Source: Schizosaccharomyces osmophilus (Eukaryota). Taken from it: DNA of 64,000 bases. A program made the translations under genes and the position numbers. The stretch covers positions 496,001-560,000 of the forward strand of contig NC_079239.1 in NCBI RefSeq assembly GCF_027921745.1, written 5' to 3'. Shown here in pieces: positions 10,719 to 25,604 of this stretch (the stretch's first letter is position 1; each line of letters begins with the position of its first letter). The notes under the pieces are model-generated. The model was given only the letters and a program-made list of their open reading frames with translations, was not told where the DNA came from and did no database searches.

Positions 10719-12314
10719 TTAAATAGGAAAGTCAAACTTGCTAGCCCATTGACGAACTTGTTCTTTCAACTTGAATATTTCTGGATTTTGACTTCCGTCA
10801 CCAACATAGCTTTTAAATTCTTTGAGTTTGGTCTTACCATTATCCTTAGCTTGTTTGTTCAACTTGACAGTTAGGTGAACAACTTCGTCAATAAGGTCAA
10901 CAATTCTTACAAAATCTTGTTCATTAAAGCCCCGTGTAGTACAAGCTGGAGTACCTATACGCAAACCATGGGGAATAAGTGCAGACTTGTCTCCAGGAAC
11001 AGTGTTCTTATTAGCTGAGATATTGATCAACTCCAAAACACGCTCAACCCTAGCTCCGTCGATATCTTTGTTGGTCAAATCGACAAGAACTAAATGGGTT
11101 TCTGTACCACCGGAAACCAATTTGTAGCCTTTTTTGATAAATGCATCTGCCATTGCTTTAGCATTCTTGACAACATTCTTTTGATATTCAATAAACTCAG
11201 GAGTTTTTGCTTGACCTAAGGCTACAGCCAAAGCGGTAATTGTGTGATTATGAGGACCACCCTGGTGACCAGGAAAGACTGAAAAATTAATTTTGTCTTC
11301 CAATTCATAATAAACAGGGTTGCCTTTCTTGTCGTGTTTGCAAAGACCACGACGGAAGAAAATCATAGCTCCTCGAGGTCCACGAAGAGACTTATGGGTT
11401 GTGGTAGTAACAATATCGGCATATTCAAACGGAGAAGGAATGACACCGGCGGCAACAAGACCAGATATATGAGCCATATCACAAAGCAAATAAGCATTAC
11501 ACTCATCGGCAATTTCACGCATGCGTTTATAATCAATTAAACGTGAATACGCACTTGCACCTGCAACAATCACCTTGGGACGGAACTGCTTAGCAGATCT
11601 GCTCAAGCCGTCATAATCAATAATACCAGTTTCGGGATTCACACCATACGGCATAGTACAGAAATATGTGGAGACTGCGGAAATTGATTTCTGAGGTGTA
11701 GCAAATCCATGAGATAAGTGCCCTCCATGAGGCAAATCCAAACCCATCAAACGATCATGGGGTTTCATAACAGCTTGATAAGCTTGAAGGTTAGCAGGCG
11801 AACCTGAATGAGGTTGTACATTAACACCCCATAATTCCGGATTTAAATGAAAAGCTTCAAGGGCACGCTTTTGACATAAAGACTCGGCCTGATCGATAAT
11901 TTCATTACCTCCATAATATCTGGCTCCTGGGTAACCTTCACTATACTTATTTTGCATCACACTACCAAGGACGTCCATAACGGCCTTGGAAGTAAAGTTT
12001 TCACTGGCAATTAAACCTATCGACTCCTTTTGTCGTTTCTCTTCAAATTTTAAGATTTTGCCAACCTCAGGGTCATATTGAAAAACCGAAGATTGAAGAA
12101 GCTATTCTTGTTAGTAATTAGTTTTGCAGTATCGCCATGTGCTTTCGAAGCTGGGGTTGAAAGACAATTTTTTCACTAAAAATATCAAAGACTGCCAGAC
12201 AGTCAATTATTTGAACAATTTGCATACCTTTTTTTGCTCGCTTGGTAAAGCGTAAAAACGCTTGAAAACCAAACTGATTCCTGTTCTTCTAGGAATCTGT
12301 CGTGTCAATGCCAT
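10719..12314 (-). CDS. shm2: Serine hydroxymethyltransferase with mitochondrial-type presequence (exons 12314-12228, 12101-10719)
   Basis: [22 protein letters not shown] and [13 protein letters not shown] (PLP lysine) motifs. Arg-rich exon 1 [12 protein letters not shown]...; GTATGC..CTAAC..TAG intron is in frame. Confidence 0.95.
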
Positions 12315-12882
12315 GGTGGTAAGTAATGAAAAATCTAGTAGCTGAAAGTAAAACAGAAACGAGAAGAGAATGTTTAAATTTGTCAATTATTGTACTGCTT
12401 TAATTGACATGAGTAAGCTTTATTATCTTTATTTCTCGCGAAAAATCATATCCGACTTATTTCACAGGTACAGCAAACCAATAAATTACACTTGCAATCT
12501 TTGCTCCTTCGTTCCCTCTTTTTAAGTAATTTGATCCTCTTAAAATTCACTCAGCGATGTTTCCCTACTTCATCTGTGATATGAGAAGCTTACATGTATT
12601 CTTAAAATTACCTTTGTAGCATTTATAAACACTTTTACTAAAAAGGAACTTCTTGATAATCCAAAACCATACAAATTGAAATTTACATCAAACTCTATAT
12701 ACACATTTATATAGTTTTTCATAGATCAAAACAAATCAGTAGTCGTCAACTCTTTGACGACATTTCGACTTTTGAATATTACAGCTTGCTCCTTGTTTGA
12801 TCCAAATATTAACGACCAAAATAAATGAATAAGTTAACCTTCATCAACCAAAAAGGCTGAAATTTTTCGTTCAACGGCATGA

Positions 12883-15800
12883 TTACCATGACTCATTGGA
12901 GACAACCTCATTATCTCTGCCAACAGCTGTAATTTCAGCCAAATCCTCTCTCTCTTCCAATTGAACTCTGCCACTTCCGGAGGCAATACGATCGCGCTCA
13001 CCAGCTGCCAATTTAAATGCAACACGACGAGTGTAATCACTAAAGCTTCTAGCACGATTTCCTTCCAAAGTTTCCATATACTTGTTAATAATTGAGTCAT
13101 CATCAACAAGTTTAAACATTGCTAAGAATGCGGCTTCTGAAGCAAGTTTAATAGGAATAGTAATAGCACGAATACAACTGAAAACAGCAGGGGCAAGGAC
13201 ATTGAGATGAGGTCTAACAATATCATATTTTTCTTTAGACAAGATCCGAATAATTACCAAAGATAGACGCTTCGCATCTTGAGAACCAGATGGACTCACC
13301 TCAATGCTAACTCTCAAAGCTTCAAATAAAGTCTTAGACTCATTAAAGTTTTGAGGAATATCTGCAAGAAGGGCTTTACCGGCAGCCAAAACGGCGTTCT
13401 CCGTAATATAGGTTTCTGTCTGCTGACATGCATCCGATATGGCTTGACAGACACTTTCGCTCAAGCCCAAGTCAATAATCTTCTTCGAACCATACTTGAT
13501 AACTGCATTGAGTACCAATATTGAGTACTCGTCCAAAGCTTCAACACTGAAAACCTTAGTGTCAAGCAGTTGTCTAGCACGAGTGTCCGTAAGTTGATTA
13601 AACAAAGCCCCGTACATTTTGGCACATATGATCATATATTCATTTGTTTCAGAGGAGAGTTCTCGTAGCAATTGATCCACAGAATCAGCAGAAGCTTCAT
13701 TCATGTTTTGACCAGACTTGGAAACCACTGCAAATAATGCATTCAACATAGCCTTGCGTACGCCAGCATCAGGGGTACGAGCACCTGATACCAATTCTGT
13801 AACAATAGGAGCGAGACGAGTTTGCAAGGTAATAAGAGTACCCAACGCTGTAGCTGCCCTACTGCGAATAACTTCACTCGAAGGATCACCCAAACACTTA
13901 GCAAACGTACGTTGTAATTGAGGCAAAAAGGGACGTAAAAATGTAGGAATTTTAGAGAGGATAATATTGAGAGTATACAAAATCGCACTCTTGACTTCAA
14001 CTGGGAATCTTTCACCAATGATACGAATCAACGGACCAGTAATCTGTGTGACATAAGGGCGAAGTTTATTGGACTCAGTACGTGTTACTATATCTGCAAC
14101 ACCTAGAGCAGATTGTTCACGCTGCTCATTTGTACCATGCATCAAACCGTGTAGGAAGATTGGCAAAACTGAGCTAATACCTTGAGGAAGTTCAAACGCA
14201 GGCAATGTGGTATCATGTACACCAACATCGTGTAGCGATTTGTATGTAATACTAATCACTGATTCAATCCTGTCTTTACGCATTGAAGATGTTAGAGCGT
14301 TCTGAGCAGCAACAGCAGCTGCAATAACCTCGCTGCTCCTGTCTTCAAACAATCTAACAAGGTGACTAATCCAATCAGGTACAAAACGGAAATAGTCAAG
14401 TTTTGAGTTTTGAAAGAATGTAAGCATGTGCTTGGCGGCAAACAAACGTTTCTTGTAATCTTCATTCTCAGTAAACGAGTAAAGATGAGCCATAAGCACT
14501 GTGAGTCCTTCTTGATCTTTAATAGATAATATGATGGTGTCAACTGATTCTTCTAAGCTTTGCAAAGTATCATCCTTTGCAACGAGTATTGATTCCATAA
14601 GAGCATTAAGAATCGACGGCAATCTTCTGTTTAATGTAGAACCTGCTGCTTGCGCAAGGGAAGCTAAAGCCCGAGCATTGAATGCAGTGATAGGTTGCTT
14701 AATGAGAGTGGGAATAAGGACAGGGAAAATCGAAGTGGACCGACGAGCAATAATTTCTTTCAGTGCGGACAAAGCATATTCGGATTTATCATCTGATTCA
14801 AGCAGTTTAAGCAATTCAGGCAGAACTTCATCTACCGCCCGATCACCTACTACTGTTTGAAGAGTATCAAACGCTTCAGCTGCAGCTTCTCTTACTTCCA
14901 AATCTGAGTCCATGAGTGCTTCACGTACAGAATAAACGAATTGGCCACTGTAAATTACAAGCTGATCCTGAGAAGTACTGGAGATCAATTCTTGTAAGGC
15001 AATGCAAACACCAATTCTATTTTGTCTGTCAGAAGACTCTAAGCCGTCCTTCAGTGAAGGAAGAAGTTGAGACAAAACATCAAATCCAGCCTTCTTAGAT
15101 AAATCACCTAAGCTCTTGACACACATAGCACGTCGATCATTTCCAGTGCTGTTCAAGTTGCCGATAATAAGAGTTGTCAACGTAGATATGATGTCTCTAA
15201 CAGTTCGGGGAGTATTTACAACAATATTCTTCCAAATCTGTTGAGCATGAGTCCTAACCGCAGCAGCAATATCTTGACGGAGAATATAAAGTGAGGACAA
15301 CACACGGTCATGGCGCTCAGAACCAATAGTCTCCAACAAGGCTTTACGGTTAACATCAGTGCGAGCTCCTTCTTCGCTTTCGTCAGTTTCTTCTTGCAAG
15401 GTCTTCTTGTTAATACCAGCAAGTTTATAGATGAGGTCCCCAACAAGTTGTACTGAAGACAATCTGATGCGCCAATTATCATCAAATAAGCCTTTCTCAA
15501 GTTCAGGAAGAAGCAAATCGACAGCACGGGTGGCATAATTATTAACAATCATCTTAGCAGCTCGTAATGAAGCGGTCTGAACAAGTTCAGATTCATCAGC
15601 TAAGCCAGAAAGAATAGGTGGAATTGCACGAGCAAGGTATGGTTGGAAACGAGCTCCAAACGTAGCTGGCAAATAGATAAGAAGAGAAATAAAGCTTTCT
15701 CTGATATAGGCAGTAGGACTTGAAGTATTTTGTAAGATTTCGGGCAAAACATCTTCAAGGCGTGTCAAGCCCAAACCAGAGAGAACCTCAGACAAACCTT

Positions 15801-18800
15801 GAGCAGCACCTTGTCTATCAACTTCACTACATTCACTTCGAAGGACATTGAACAATTCAGGAATAAGGGTTGGGAACTTAGTTTCACCCAATTTCTCCAT
15901 CAATGAACCTAAAGCCTTAGCTGCAGTTGCACGAGTATCAGGAACAGGGTCAATAAGCACTTCCCGTAGTCTGGGCATTAAGGGGTCTAAATAAATTGCA
16001 AGATTTTCAGGCTCAGTTAAGCTTGCCATCAATCCAAAGATCTTAGCAGACTGCCGTTTAGTAGATGCATTGCGTTCCCTCATACCATACTGAATAATGG
16101 GTATGACCAAAGCCAATGAAGGAGAATCCAAATAATGAACGAAAGCAGTCTTAAGAATGGCAGATAATGCATCATCAGTATAACGTGTGCAATCACTCAA
16201 AGCATTGAGAAGAACAGGTACAAGGTTTTGGATTTCAGGATTTGATATGACTTCACCAAAACGCAACAAACTGTTATTCGCTGTATTGCGAACCTGAGAA
16301 TGTGAATCAGTCAAAACCTCTGTCAACTTAGGAACAATAGTAGGTAAAGACACCGAAAGCTGTTTGGGTGCCATGTAGGACATCAAGCCAAGAATCTCAA
16401 CAGAAGCACGCTTAGAGCGCCAGTTGTAATCATTCAAACCTTCCAATAAGCTAGGAAGCAATAGCTTAACTCCATAGGCGCTAAGTTGACTCATTATATG
16501 TTTTACGGCTTCCAAAGTAGCTTCTCTAACTTCATTTGCACTGTCACCAAACGAAGAAAGCAATAAAGGGAGTAAATCGGGCAAGTATGGCTCGAAATAG
16601 ATACCTAACGTACGCGAAAAAGCTTCCACACAAAACAGAGCACCTTGTCTAATTGCTGGATTTTGTCTGTTCGTCATTGATTCGCGTAATTGGTCCATAA
16701 TATCGAAATCCTTAAAAGCTTTTATACCCAAACCCTTAATCAAACCAGCTAGACCGTAAGCTGTTCCTTTTCTCTCTGCAAAAGATGAAGCATTCATTAA
16801 GCTGTTTGCTAAATGATCATAATATTCCTTTGCTTTAGGAAGTAACTTTTTGATCAATGGTGATATACATGAAGCGACTGCTAATTGCACACTTTCACTA
16901 GGTGTGGATAAGGCGGAAATTAAATTTTCCAGGACCACAATTAATCGCTGATCATTCTCTTGCAAATGTTGGGCAACAGTTCCAAAAAGTACCACAGTTG
17001 CCTCACGTAATCTATCATTGGCCTCAGTTGGTAAAGTATCAACGTTGAGTTTAGTTTCGAACAACTCCATCAGAGCCTCCACTTGATAGGAACCAAAAGC
17101 AATGATAGATTGTTTACCAGCTTCCAACATGTTGGAAGCTACGATAAATGAACTATCAGTAACGGGGATCTGAGCATCTGACTGAACGGAGGATAGCAAA
17201 AATTCCAAACATGGTACTAATAAATTCGAAGAAACATACTGCGAAATATGCACGAATACTATACTGACACCTTCTCTGGTAACAATACCTAAATCCCGGC
17301 CGATAGTTTCTTTCTTTATTATACCGTACTCATCATATTCGGGAGGTGAAGGTAAAGCGTTCTTGTTATACATTTCCATCAATTTTTTTGGTAGAACGCT
17401 TGAGAAATCTTCAAACTCATCAATCAAGTCAACGAATGATTTTCCTACAAGAGTGTGAAGGTAGTTGGATTTAACATTAAGCAAAGGTAAAAGTTCGGAA
17501 TAAGAGTCTTCATTCGCATCCAATCCATTCTGCGTCGAAATCTGGTGAGCAGCGGCAGCATTAGATTCGTTTTCGTCGTAAAGCTCCAAGAAAATTTCCT
17601 TAATGAAGCTAAATTGCGTTAAGTCCAAAACTTGCAAAGACTGCAAAACGGCAGATCGTACAGAACTTTCGTTGTGACAAGTATGTTCCAAAAGAGTATT
17701 TAATTCGCTATCAGTGTAAGACGTATTTATACCTTGTACAAGAGAAAGCAATGAGTTCTTTACGTCCTGATAATGAGCGGGAACAGTTTCAAGCAAATGT
17801 AAAAGTGCTCTCAAAAAAATTGCCCTCATTCCCCTCAAGGAGGAAGAATAAGGTGCTTGAAATCCCAACATCTCAATTGCTAACAACAAACGCTCAGTTG
17901 ATTTTTCGTCATCCTTAGTTGCGTTTTCATAGCAAAGCTTATTGATTAACGGGAAAATGCAAGAGAACGTTTCAGGCTCAAAATATGCTTGTTCGGTAGC
18001 AAAACGTACCTTATAAAGGAAAGAATCAACGACATCTTCGTTTACATTAGAACTAGTGTTTAGAGAATTAAGAAGGGTTAAAGCTAATGAATCAGAATAT
18101 GCAGATTCTCCCAAGCGAGATGGAAGACCAGAGGCAGTTACAACCAACTTGAAGACTTCTAAAGCCAAATTTCCAGTAAATGGTGTACTCGATTGCAAAA
18201 TTTTACCAAAGATCAGCACATCAACAGCTTCCTCAATCCATAATCCAGGAAACAACTGAACAGCCATTCCCATGCTCTGAATAATCTCAAGACCACGTTC
18301 AAGAGATGCAACAAGGTTATTCACAGACTGCCTGATTCTAGATTCCTTTTCAAGTTGAGAATCCACCAATGCTTGCTGATCTTTATTCAGCTTCATAGGT
18401 TTCCTCTCAGCCTGCTTAGCTCGAACTTCGGCTTCCCAACGCTTAGTTTCGTAATCCTTCGTATTCTTGTCGATTTTGTTTGATTTCTTTTCTAAAACGT
18501 TATCCCAAAGAACTCCATTAGGCGTCTTCCAGATTTCATATTCCATATCTGAGACATTTGTCAATTTTAGATTAACAAGCTGATCACGGAAAAGGCTGAC
18601 GAAAAAAGGAGTGGCAGTCTCTGGAGCAACGAAAAGAATCATCGAAATAGAAGAAATCATTGCTTTTTCCTTTTCAGACCTGACATTAGTAGATAATGTA
18701 GTTTCAATATAGTTCACAATATCGTGAACCCGTTCAGTGACAAGCGTGGCAGGATCTCTATGTGAAAGTTGGCATAATTGAATCCAATCAAACTGATCAA

Positions 18801-20948
18801 CGTAAGCAAAAGAAAGGAATAATAGCTCAATCAGATAACAGTCATAATCAACAAGTTCTTTTGAACCTACGTTAGAGACGTCAGAAGAAATTGCTAAGAG
18901 AATTGATTTCAATAGCTGAATCAACTTTTTATTAGAATTCTCATCAAACTTCTCGTCCTTTTTAGCGGATTCAGCTTGGTAATGCAAATTCCATAACTGA
19001 GAGCAAATGGTTTTGCGCAAACCAGGATTGACTAGTACTGCGGTCCTCAATGCTTCAAAAGCAACTCTGCTGGTCTGGTTGCCTGAGAAGTTAAATAGAT
19101 TAATTAGTGATTGAAACCATGAAGATGCTAAGTCGTCAGTTAGGTCCTTATCATAAGCGCTAGCAAAAGTACAGAGACCACGAATCCACCATAACTTTGC
19201 TTGATCAGTGGTTAGTTTATTCGTAATTTTGCTTGAAAAAAGAATACTTTCTCCATTTGTGGAACCGACAAGTCCATTAAGCAAGGTCTGCAAATCGCCG
19301 GCAAATTTAAGTTTGGTAATGTCCTCATCAGTTTGCTTCTTGTTCATTAAACATAAATAGACGACGGGAGCCAAAATGCTTCCATTCTGTAAGGCAATAG
19401 TAGAATTGCTCAAGGCCGCTTGGCTTGATTTATTTAAATGCTCAAGGTAAAAATTAGTAAGTTCCAACTGAGAGGATTTGTTGGCTTGCAAATCCCAAAC
19501 CAAATCAGCCAAAACTAAAATCCAATGCTGACGTTCGTATGCAGCTGGCTTATCTAATGATTTAGAAAGAAAATCGTAAACGCTTTTATCCAAAGAACTA
19601 TTTGACAATAGAAGTGATTTGATATTCCTTATAACCACGGCTGCTAAGTGATAGAAACTGCTTTCTTGAACCTTCATGAACAAAGGCAAGACTTCCTTAA
19701 GTAAAGAAGCAGAATCTACTTCTTCGACAGAAAGATGAGAAAGGCACTCGATATAAAGATTGCGATGTTCATTCGAGGTAACTTTGTTCGTTTTCAAAGC
19801 AAATGCCAGTTTTAAAGCCACGTCCATAAGCACCTTGGGATCCTTAGCATGCTTACAGAGGACTGAAAATGTTTGAAAGCAGTTTTGTCGAACAGTTGCA
19901 TTTGAACTCTTCAGGTTCGAAGCAAAGGCATCATGAAGTTTACTCAATAGTATAGAAGAGGCATCTTTTCCGGAATCGGAGAAACCGATGGCCAATGAGG
20001 ATAGAATACCAGCAAAGACAAGTTCTGGAGAACGTAGTAAAGCCTTTTCGATAGAAGGCAATAAATCGTTGGATAATTTATCTAAAGATAACAGCAATCC
20101 AATACTATAACAGAACCCCTCAACCGAAGAACTAGGCAACGCGGGCTTTGCTGCAAGGACGTGTTGAGGGATCATTTTCACCAAAAAGTCAATGTTCTCT
20201 GATGCCAAAGTGCGAGGGGCTGAAGACAACTGGAAAAAGTAACAGGTGCCCAATATGACACCATATAACGGCAAAGCTTTTGGAAGGACAAGAGCTGTTT
20301 TAGTTTCATTCAAAAGAAAAGGAATAAAGGAGGACAAGTCATTGAGCTGAGATAGGAATAAGGATCGGTAACAGCGACGTGTAGTCTGCAAAGCGCTACG
20401 AACAATCGCGGGTTTACCATTCTGAACAACAGCATTCAAAAATTGACTTTGAATAGGAAGAAACTCCAACATCCAATACTTCATCTCATTGGAAGGGAGA
20501 TTTGAAAGGATACAGTTCACCCATATCAAAGCATTAAAAGACACTGAAATAGAACTGCTTGGAATGCGCTCCAAGCGGGTGGAAGTGCCTTGAAGACGAT
20601 GCAAAAGTGTCGTAAGAGCAATGGAAGGAGATAACTTTGTTATGTGTACAAGTGTAGCACATAGTTCTAAGCGACATTCGCGCGAAACATTTCTAGGCAA
20701 AACTTCCATAATATTATCTATGATAGCAACAATACTTTTTTCATCAATGTCTATAAAAATACTATTAGCTTCAAACAACTTATAAATTCATTGTACGTAC
20801 CATTGATTTGATTTACATGTCGTAGAATGTCCAGCATAACCTTTTTCGTACCAAGAAAAGCAACAACCGTTTCACTACTTATCAAGGTAGAATAAAGCGT
20901 TTTCTTTTCATTCTGAAACGCTTCCATTCCTGGTCCTTCGACCGTCAT
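12883..20948 (-). CDS. gcn1: Gcn1, HEAT-repeat activator of the Gcn2 kinase (exons 20948-20801, 20750-12883)
   Basis: ~2670-aa HEAT-repeat protein with [28 protein letters not shown] and ITGPLIR motifs. A 50-nt GTACGT..CTAAT..TAG intron joins the 20751..20948 ORF to the main ORF. Confidence 0.96.
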
Positions 20949-21694
20949 GGTTAATACCGGTAATATGAGGTATGGTGGTTATGGAAAGGTGAAAGGTTCT
21001 TTTTTGCGAACGAAAATTGGGCACTTATCGAAGAGAAGCGATATGTAATTTAATGTCGTAACGCAAAATTAAATTTTAAAAAAAGTACAAGCTAAGTAAA
21101 AGTAAATTACCAAATAAGTCGGCCCTTTTATTTTTTTTTTTTTTTCCACGAAATGAATGTCTAACAACAAAAAATCCTTAAGAACTGTAGGATGGTTTCA
21201 TATAATCCAAAAGAGAAAGATTCTTACACTAGAATGAATAGAAATTAAAGAATAGCGACTGTTTCAGCACTAGTTGACAAAGCACCGTACGATTCACTTG
21301 TTTCTATTGATATATCAACCTTCGTTGCTTCAGCAAAGGGGATCGTTAAAAAAATAATTTAAAAAAGTTTCCATCAAAATCTTTTTAGTTGAAACGACTA
21401 GTGAATATTAGCTGATGCCTAAAGCAAGATTACAATCATTTTTCCTTTTTGAGAGACTTTATTATTTATTTATTTATGTTCGTTCTTTAATTGCATTATA
21501 TTTATTTACACAGTCATTATAGATCAGTATAGTAAGGATATGATTGTGCACAAAACTGCCCAAAAGTGGGTTCCGATTCACTATATCAAAATTCGACCTT
21601 TCACTGTACAAGGACAGCCTTGTAAGAACCATCTCTGCTACATTATTTTTCAACAGAAAAAGTCCTATTTTTAACAAGGGAAGACTTCTTCATC

Positions 21695-22444
21695 ATGGTA
21701 GCAACATTCAAAAACGCTGGACAGCGACAAAACCATCGCGAACGTGCTCAACCTAATGAACGCCGAAAATTGGGATTGTTGGAAAAACGAAAAGACTATG
21801 TGTCTCGAGCCCAGGATTACAAAGATAAGCAGAAAAAAATCAAGCGTATGCGCGAAAAAGCTCAAGAGAGAAATCCCGATGAATTTTACTATGGAATGAC
21901 TCATAAGAAGACGAAGAATGGTGTCCCTCGTGAAGAACGCGAGGATTCTTCTATTGATATGGATACCATCAAAATCTTAAAGACACAAGATATTGGATGG
22001 ATTCGTCATCATCGAGAAATTGAACGTTCAAAAATTGAAGAACTAGAACAGCAAATGCACATGGTAGGAGCTCAGCGCTTCAAGTCAGAGCCTCGGAAAC
22101 ACACGGTGTTCGTTGATGGTAAAAAAGAAGCTGTTAACTTTGATCCTGCTGAACATTTTCAGACAAGCGCCGAATTGGTCAATCGAGCTGAAAATCGCTT
22201 ACGGGTTGATCAAATAGGAGAAACTAATATGAAGGTAGAAGATTTTTCAAGCCGCCTCCATAGAAAATTAAAAGAAAAAACGGCTAGAGAATTGCTTTTG
22301 CGGAAAAAGCGGGATTCCAAGCTTGCAGCTGCTGAAGAGCGTGTTCAATTGGATCGGTTGTTACAAGGAAAAGGAGGCCGTCAGAAAAAGAAAACAGTAG
22401 ACGGGAAACCCATTTACAAATGGAGAAATGAGCGTAAAAGGTAA
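21695..22444 (+). CDS. utp11: SSU processome component Utp11
   Basis: HRERAQP..RRKLGLLEKRKDY..RA, RNPDEFYYGM and the C-terminal YKWRNERKR. Confidence 0.96.
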   Translation: MVATFKNAGQRQNHRERAQPNERRKLGLLEKRKDYVSRAQDYKDKQKKIKRMREKAQERNPDEFYYGMTHKKTKNGVPREEREDSSIDMDTIKILKTQDIGWIRHHREIERSKIEELEQQMHMVGAQRFKSEPRKHTVFVDGKKEAVNFDPAEHFQTSAELVNRAENRLRVDQIGETNMKVEDFSSRLHRKLKEKTARELLLRKKRDSKLAAAEERVQLDRLLQGKGGRQKKKTVDGKPIYKWRNERKR

Positions 22445-22854
22445 GATCAATTCGCTACGCAAACATCGTTTGCCACTTAATAAATTTGAGTTGAAAGAAC
22501 GGATGTGACAAATTTCGTACTTTTTAATGTTTGGGAAATATCTTTTTCGAGTCTTTTCCTTGGGTTTGGTTTTTTTGCATAATGGGTATATGTTAATAAA
22601 ATGAATATATTGTACCTAAACCATCGTATACATTTCCCATTAATTAGTATTGATTGATGTATCTAACAATGCTTGTGTTCATATTAACCCAAAAAAATAA
22701 ACCACTCTTTTGTTTTGTTTTGTTTTCTCACTGAGCTCCAAAGGCACTTTCAGGGAACTGAGACATGCTCATTTGGCCAAAATCTAAAATAAAATGAAAC
22801 TGAACTGTACCATAAGCATCTAGACGATACTAGACGCACTCCTTCACACAGTGT

Positions 22855-23934
22855 TTACACAACTCCTAAAAAGTCTTCCATGGAATGGATAAATTTAGAG
22901 CATGCGATACTTGCACTCAAAGGGTAATCACTGATACTAATCTTCTCGTCCACCCAACCATCGGAAAAATCATCCGGACCGTGAGCCATGGCACCAATGG
23001 CAATGCAAACTGATTGATTTGGTTCTAATTTTTCCAAATAGTTACGAGTGGGGACGGTGGGTGCGTCAAAAGACAAAGTAGCTTTACGGCAATTAGGGGG
23101 AAGATAATCGGTGACGGGGTTTTTTATAACCTTTAGTAACTTCTCATTGCCATTCACACTTCGAATAGAGAGCTTGTGGAGAAGTTGAACCATCAAACCA
23201 GAAAAACGCTTAAACGTACGGGGAATACGCACAGAAGGATTCACTTCAACGAGAACCTTCTTGGCTGTATGAATATAAACCTGAAGACGCCCGGCCTTGT
23301 TAAGTGGTGAATCCAATAACGTTAAAAGGCATTGGTGAGTAATATCGGGACGTGCTTGAGCAATATTTCTGTTCAATTTCTTCAAGATGCCTTGGTGGTC
23401 ATCACAATTCAATAGCTGGTATTTTGCATCCTTTGCCTTTCCAACCTTGTAAATCTCCAAACACGCCTGGTCCAAAACGACAATCAATCGTTGGGTATTG
23501 GTATTATGTGAGTTGAGAGGACGAGCAGGCACTGGAGTTAAATGACTAGTAGTTCTGTGAACAGATCCAGCAGGAAGAGGATGATTTCCAGTATTACGTT
23601 GCTGTGTTGCTTCCTTTTCTAAATTTTCTTCCTTCTCCTTTTCATCTTCTCCATCTACCAATCCTGCTGGAGATGCTTCGTCATTTGACACTGGCTCTTT
23701 CTTTGAAAACTCTTCAATAACCCTTTGATTCTCGCGTAATCTTTGCAGTTCTTCATCCTCAAGCTTCTCGCCATTGTCTGGAACAATTGTTTCTTCTATG
23801 ACTGTCTCTTGCTCGGGTGAATTATCATTACCATTTTTTTCAGTTTGAACAGTCCGCTTAACAATTTTTGGCTGATTTGACTTCTCTGAAACCTCCAAGG
23901 AGGACCTTGACTTTCTTTTAGAATATGCTGGCAT
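22855..23934 (-). CDS. mra1: 18S rRNA pseudouridine N1-methyltransferase Nep1/Emg1 (Mra1)
   Basis: [41 protein letters not shown] and IGAMAHG motifs; ATG at 23934. Confidence 0.96.
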   Translation of the reverse strand: MPAYSKRKSRSSLEVSEKSNQPKIVKRTVQTEKNGNDNSPEQETVIEETIVPDNGEKLEDEELQRLRENQRVIEEFSKKEPVSNDEASPAGLVDGEDEKEKEENLEKEATQQRNTGNHPLPAGSVHRTTSHLTPVPARPLNSHNTNTQRLIVVLDQACLEIYKVGKAKDAKYQLLNCDDHQGILKKLNRNIAQARPDITHQCLLTLLDSPLNKAGRLQVYIHTAKKVLVEVNPSVRIPRTFKRFSGLMVQLLHKLSIRSVNGNEKLLKVIKNPVTDYLPPNCRKATLSFDAPTVPTRNYLEKLEPNQSVCIAIGAMAHGPDDFSDGWVDEKISISDYPLSASIACSKFIHSMEDFLGVV

Positions 23935-25604
23935 GAATTCTAAAGACAGCAAACTTTAATGGCAGTTGGCTTTTGTTGAGTTGTACCTTCGAGAAAATCG
24001 ACTCACCCTTGTTGTAGGACGCTAAAGTACATTCGGATATCTGATAGCGCACTACGGAAAGTTACACAATCTTATATCCTCTATCAAATTCCCACTCATT
24101 TTTATGCACAATTCCGTGCAATCTTCTATATTTTATGGTTGGTATACAATAGACGGGTGGATACATAAGTCACTTTTGCTCTCTACAGAATTACTTACGG
24201 CAACAATGTTGTCCTACTCATAGCACACACACACACATATATAAATATACGGAAATGCTTTTATTCGCTGCTGATGTCTACTTTCTAGCAATCACTAAAA
24301 GCAGACCGACTCCTTTGAAAGGGGAACAGCAAAAGAAACATTAAGCTAATATTCAAAACGCCTGTATTCAATGTTCATATCATTAATGACACAACACCAG
24401 ATACATACATTTAGAAAAGAGATTTTAAGCTATCCAACTGCTAATCACAATCAGAATGGCTTAAAAGGAAAATCCAAAGCGGAGTTGGAGTGCAAGAAAA
24501 TTGCATATTCGGACGTTGAATAATAATAATAATATCTGCAGTAGACTTCTTTAGTGTAAAAAACATCACCACAGAAAAAAACCACTACCTTCGTTCACCT
24601 TTTGCCAACTGTTAAAAAAAAACATTCAGCAATTAATTGGGCTTCCGTCGTCGTAATATTATTTACATTACCGACCATAATCATCTTAAAAAACAGCTAT
24701 CCTTCGATGCACGTTTAGTTTATCAAAAGGCCGCTGGTATTCATGGGAAAAGGAAGTAAGAAGGAATTAAAAAATTTAATAAGAACTATTCTTAGACACG
24801 CATCAAACATATGCAAAAATGCCATTGAGCGTTCGATGCGCATAAAAATAGTAGAGGAGAACGAAAAAAAAGAACGAAGAAATGAGGATACTCAATATAA
24901 AAAGTTAACCTCATTCAAAGCTCTAAGAATGAATTAATTAAAACACATAAAACCAGTCAGAATAATTAAAACAGCAAAGAATATCATAAACCAAATTCAT
25001 TGGAAAATATTAAGGCAGATCCAATCAATCTAAAAAAGGCACGCCAAAAATAAAACCCCTCATGGATCAAAAATGACATAAGGAGACAAGAGAAAAAAGA
25101 GTCGCCCATTTGTTCAATAAGATGCTTGATAGTATATACGGCTGACCGAGTATGAACTCGAATATATGGCACAACATCAATATCGTACATGAACATAACG
25201 AAACAAGGAATAAATAATGAGTCCCGTCGTAAAGAACCAATCTATTAATTCGTAACAATCGTAAACGACTCCGCAAAAAGTTAGAAAAGACGCGACACAG
25301 ATATTACGTGAAACATCGCAAACCAAAAGACTCGAAGAAAAACCACTCTTTCGTTCCAAAAATAACAGGAACATAAGTGACAAGAACAATATAGAGAGCA
25401 GAGGCCATTTCTGGAGTGTTTTTCTTTGGCGGAGGTTTTGCTGAAGAACACGGCAACAACTAAAACCAAAGGAAGAGATGTACAAAAAGGATGTAAAGGA
25501 AGCAAATGGTAAGTAGAATGGGAACCGTACCAGAAAAGCCGGTGTAAGCAAGAATGAAGTAAGGATGAAAGAAAAATAACTATACACGTTAAATAAACAT
25601 CTTC

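Noticed and set aside
24255..24345. Hairpins TGCTTTTA/TAAAAGCA and TCCTTT/AGGGGA resembling an H/ACA RNA
   Set aside because: No ANANNA H box after the first hairpin, the second is too short, and no promoter motif or target was found.
24743..25587. Several overlapping hydrophobic or Lys-rich short ORFs
   Set aside because: Products of A/T strand skew in the probable long edc1 3' UTR; low complexity and mostly non-ATG starts.
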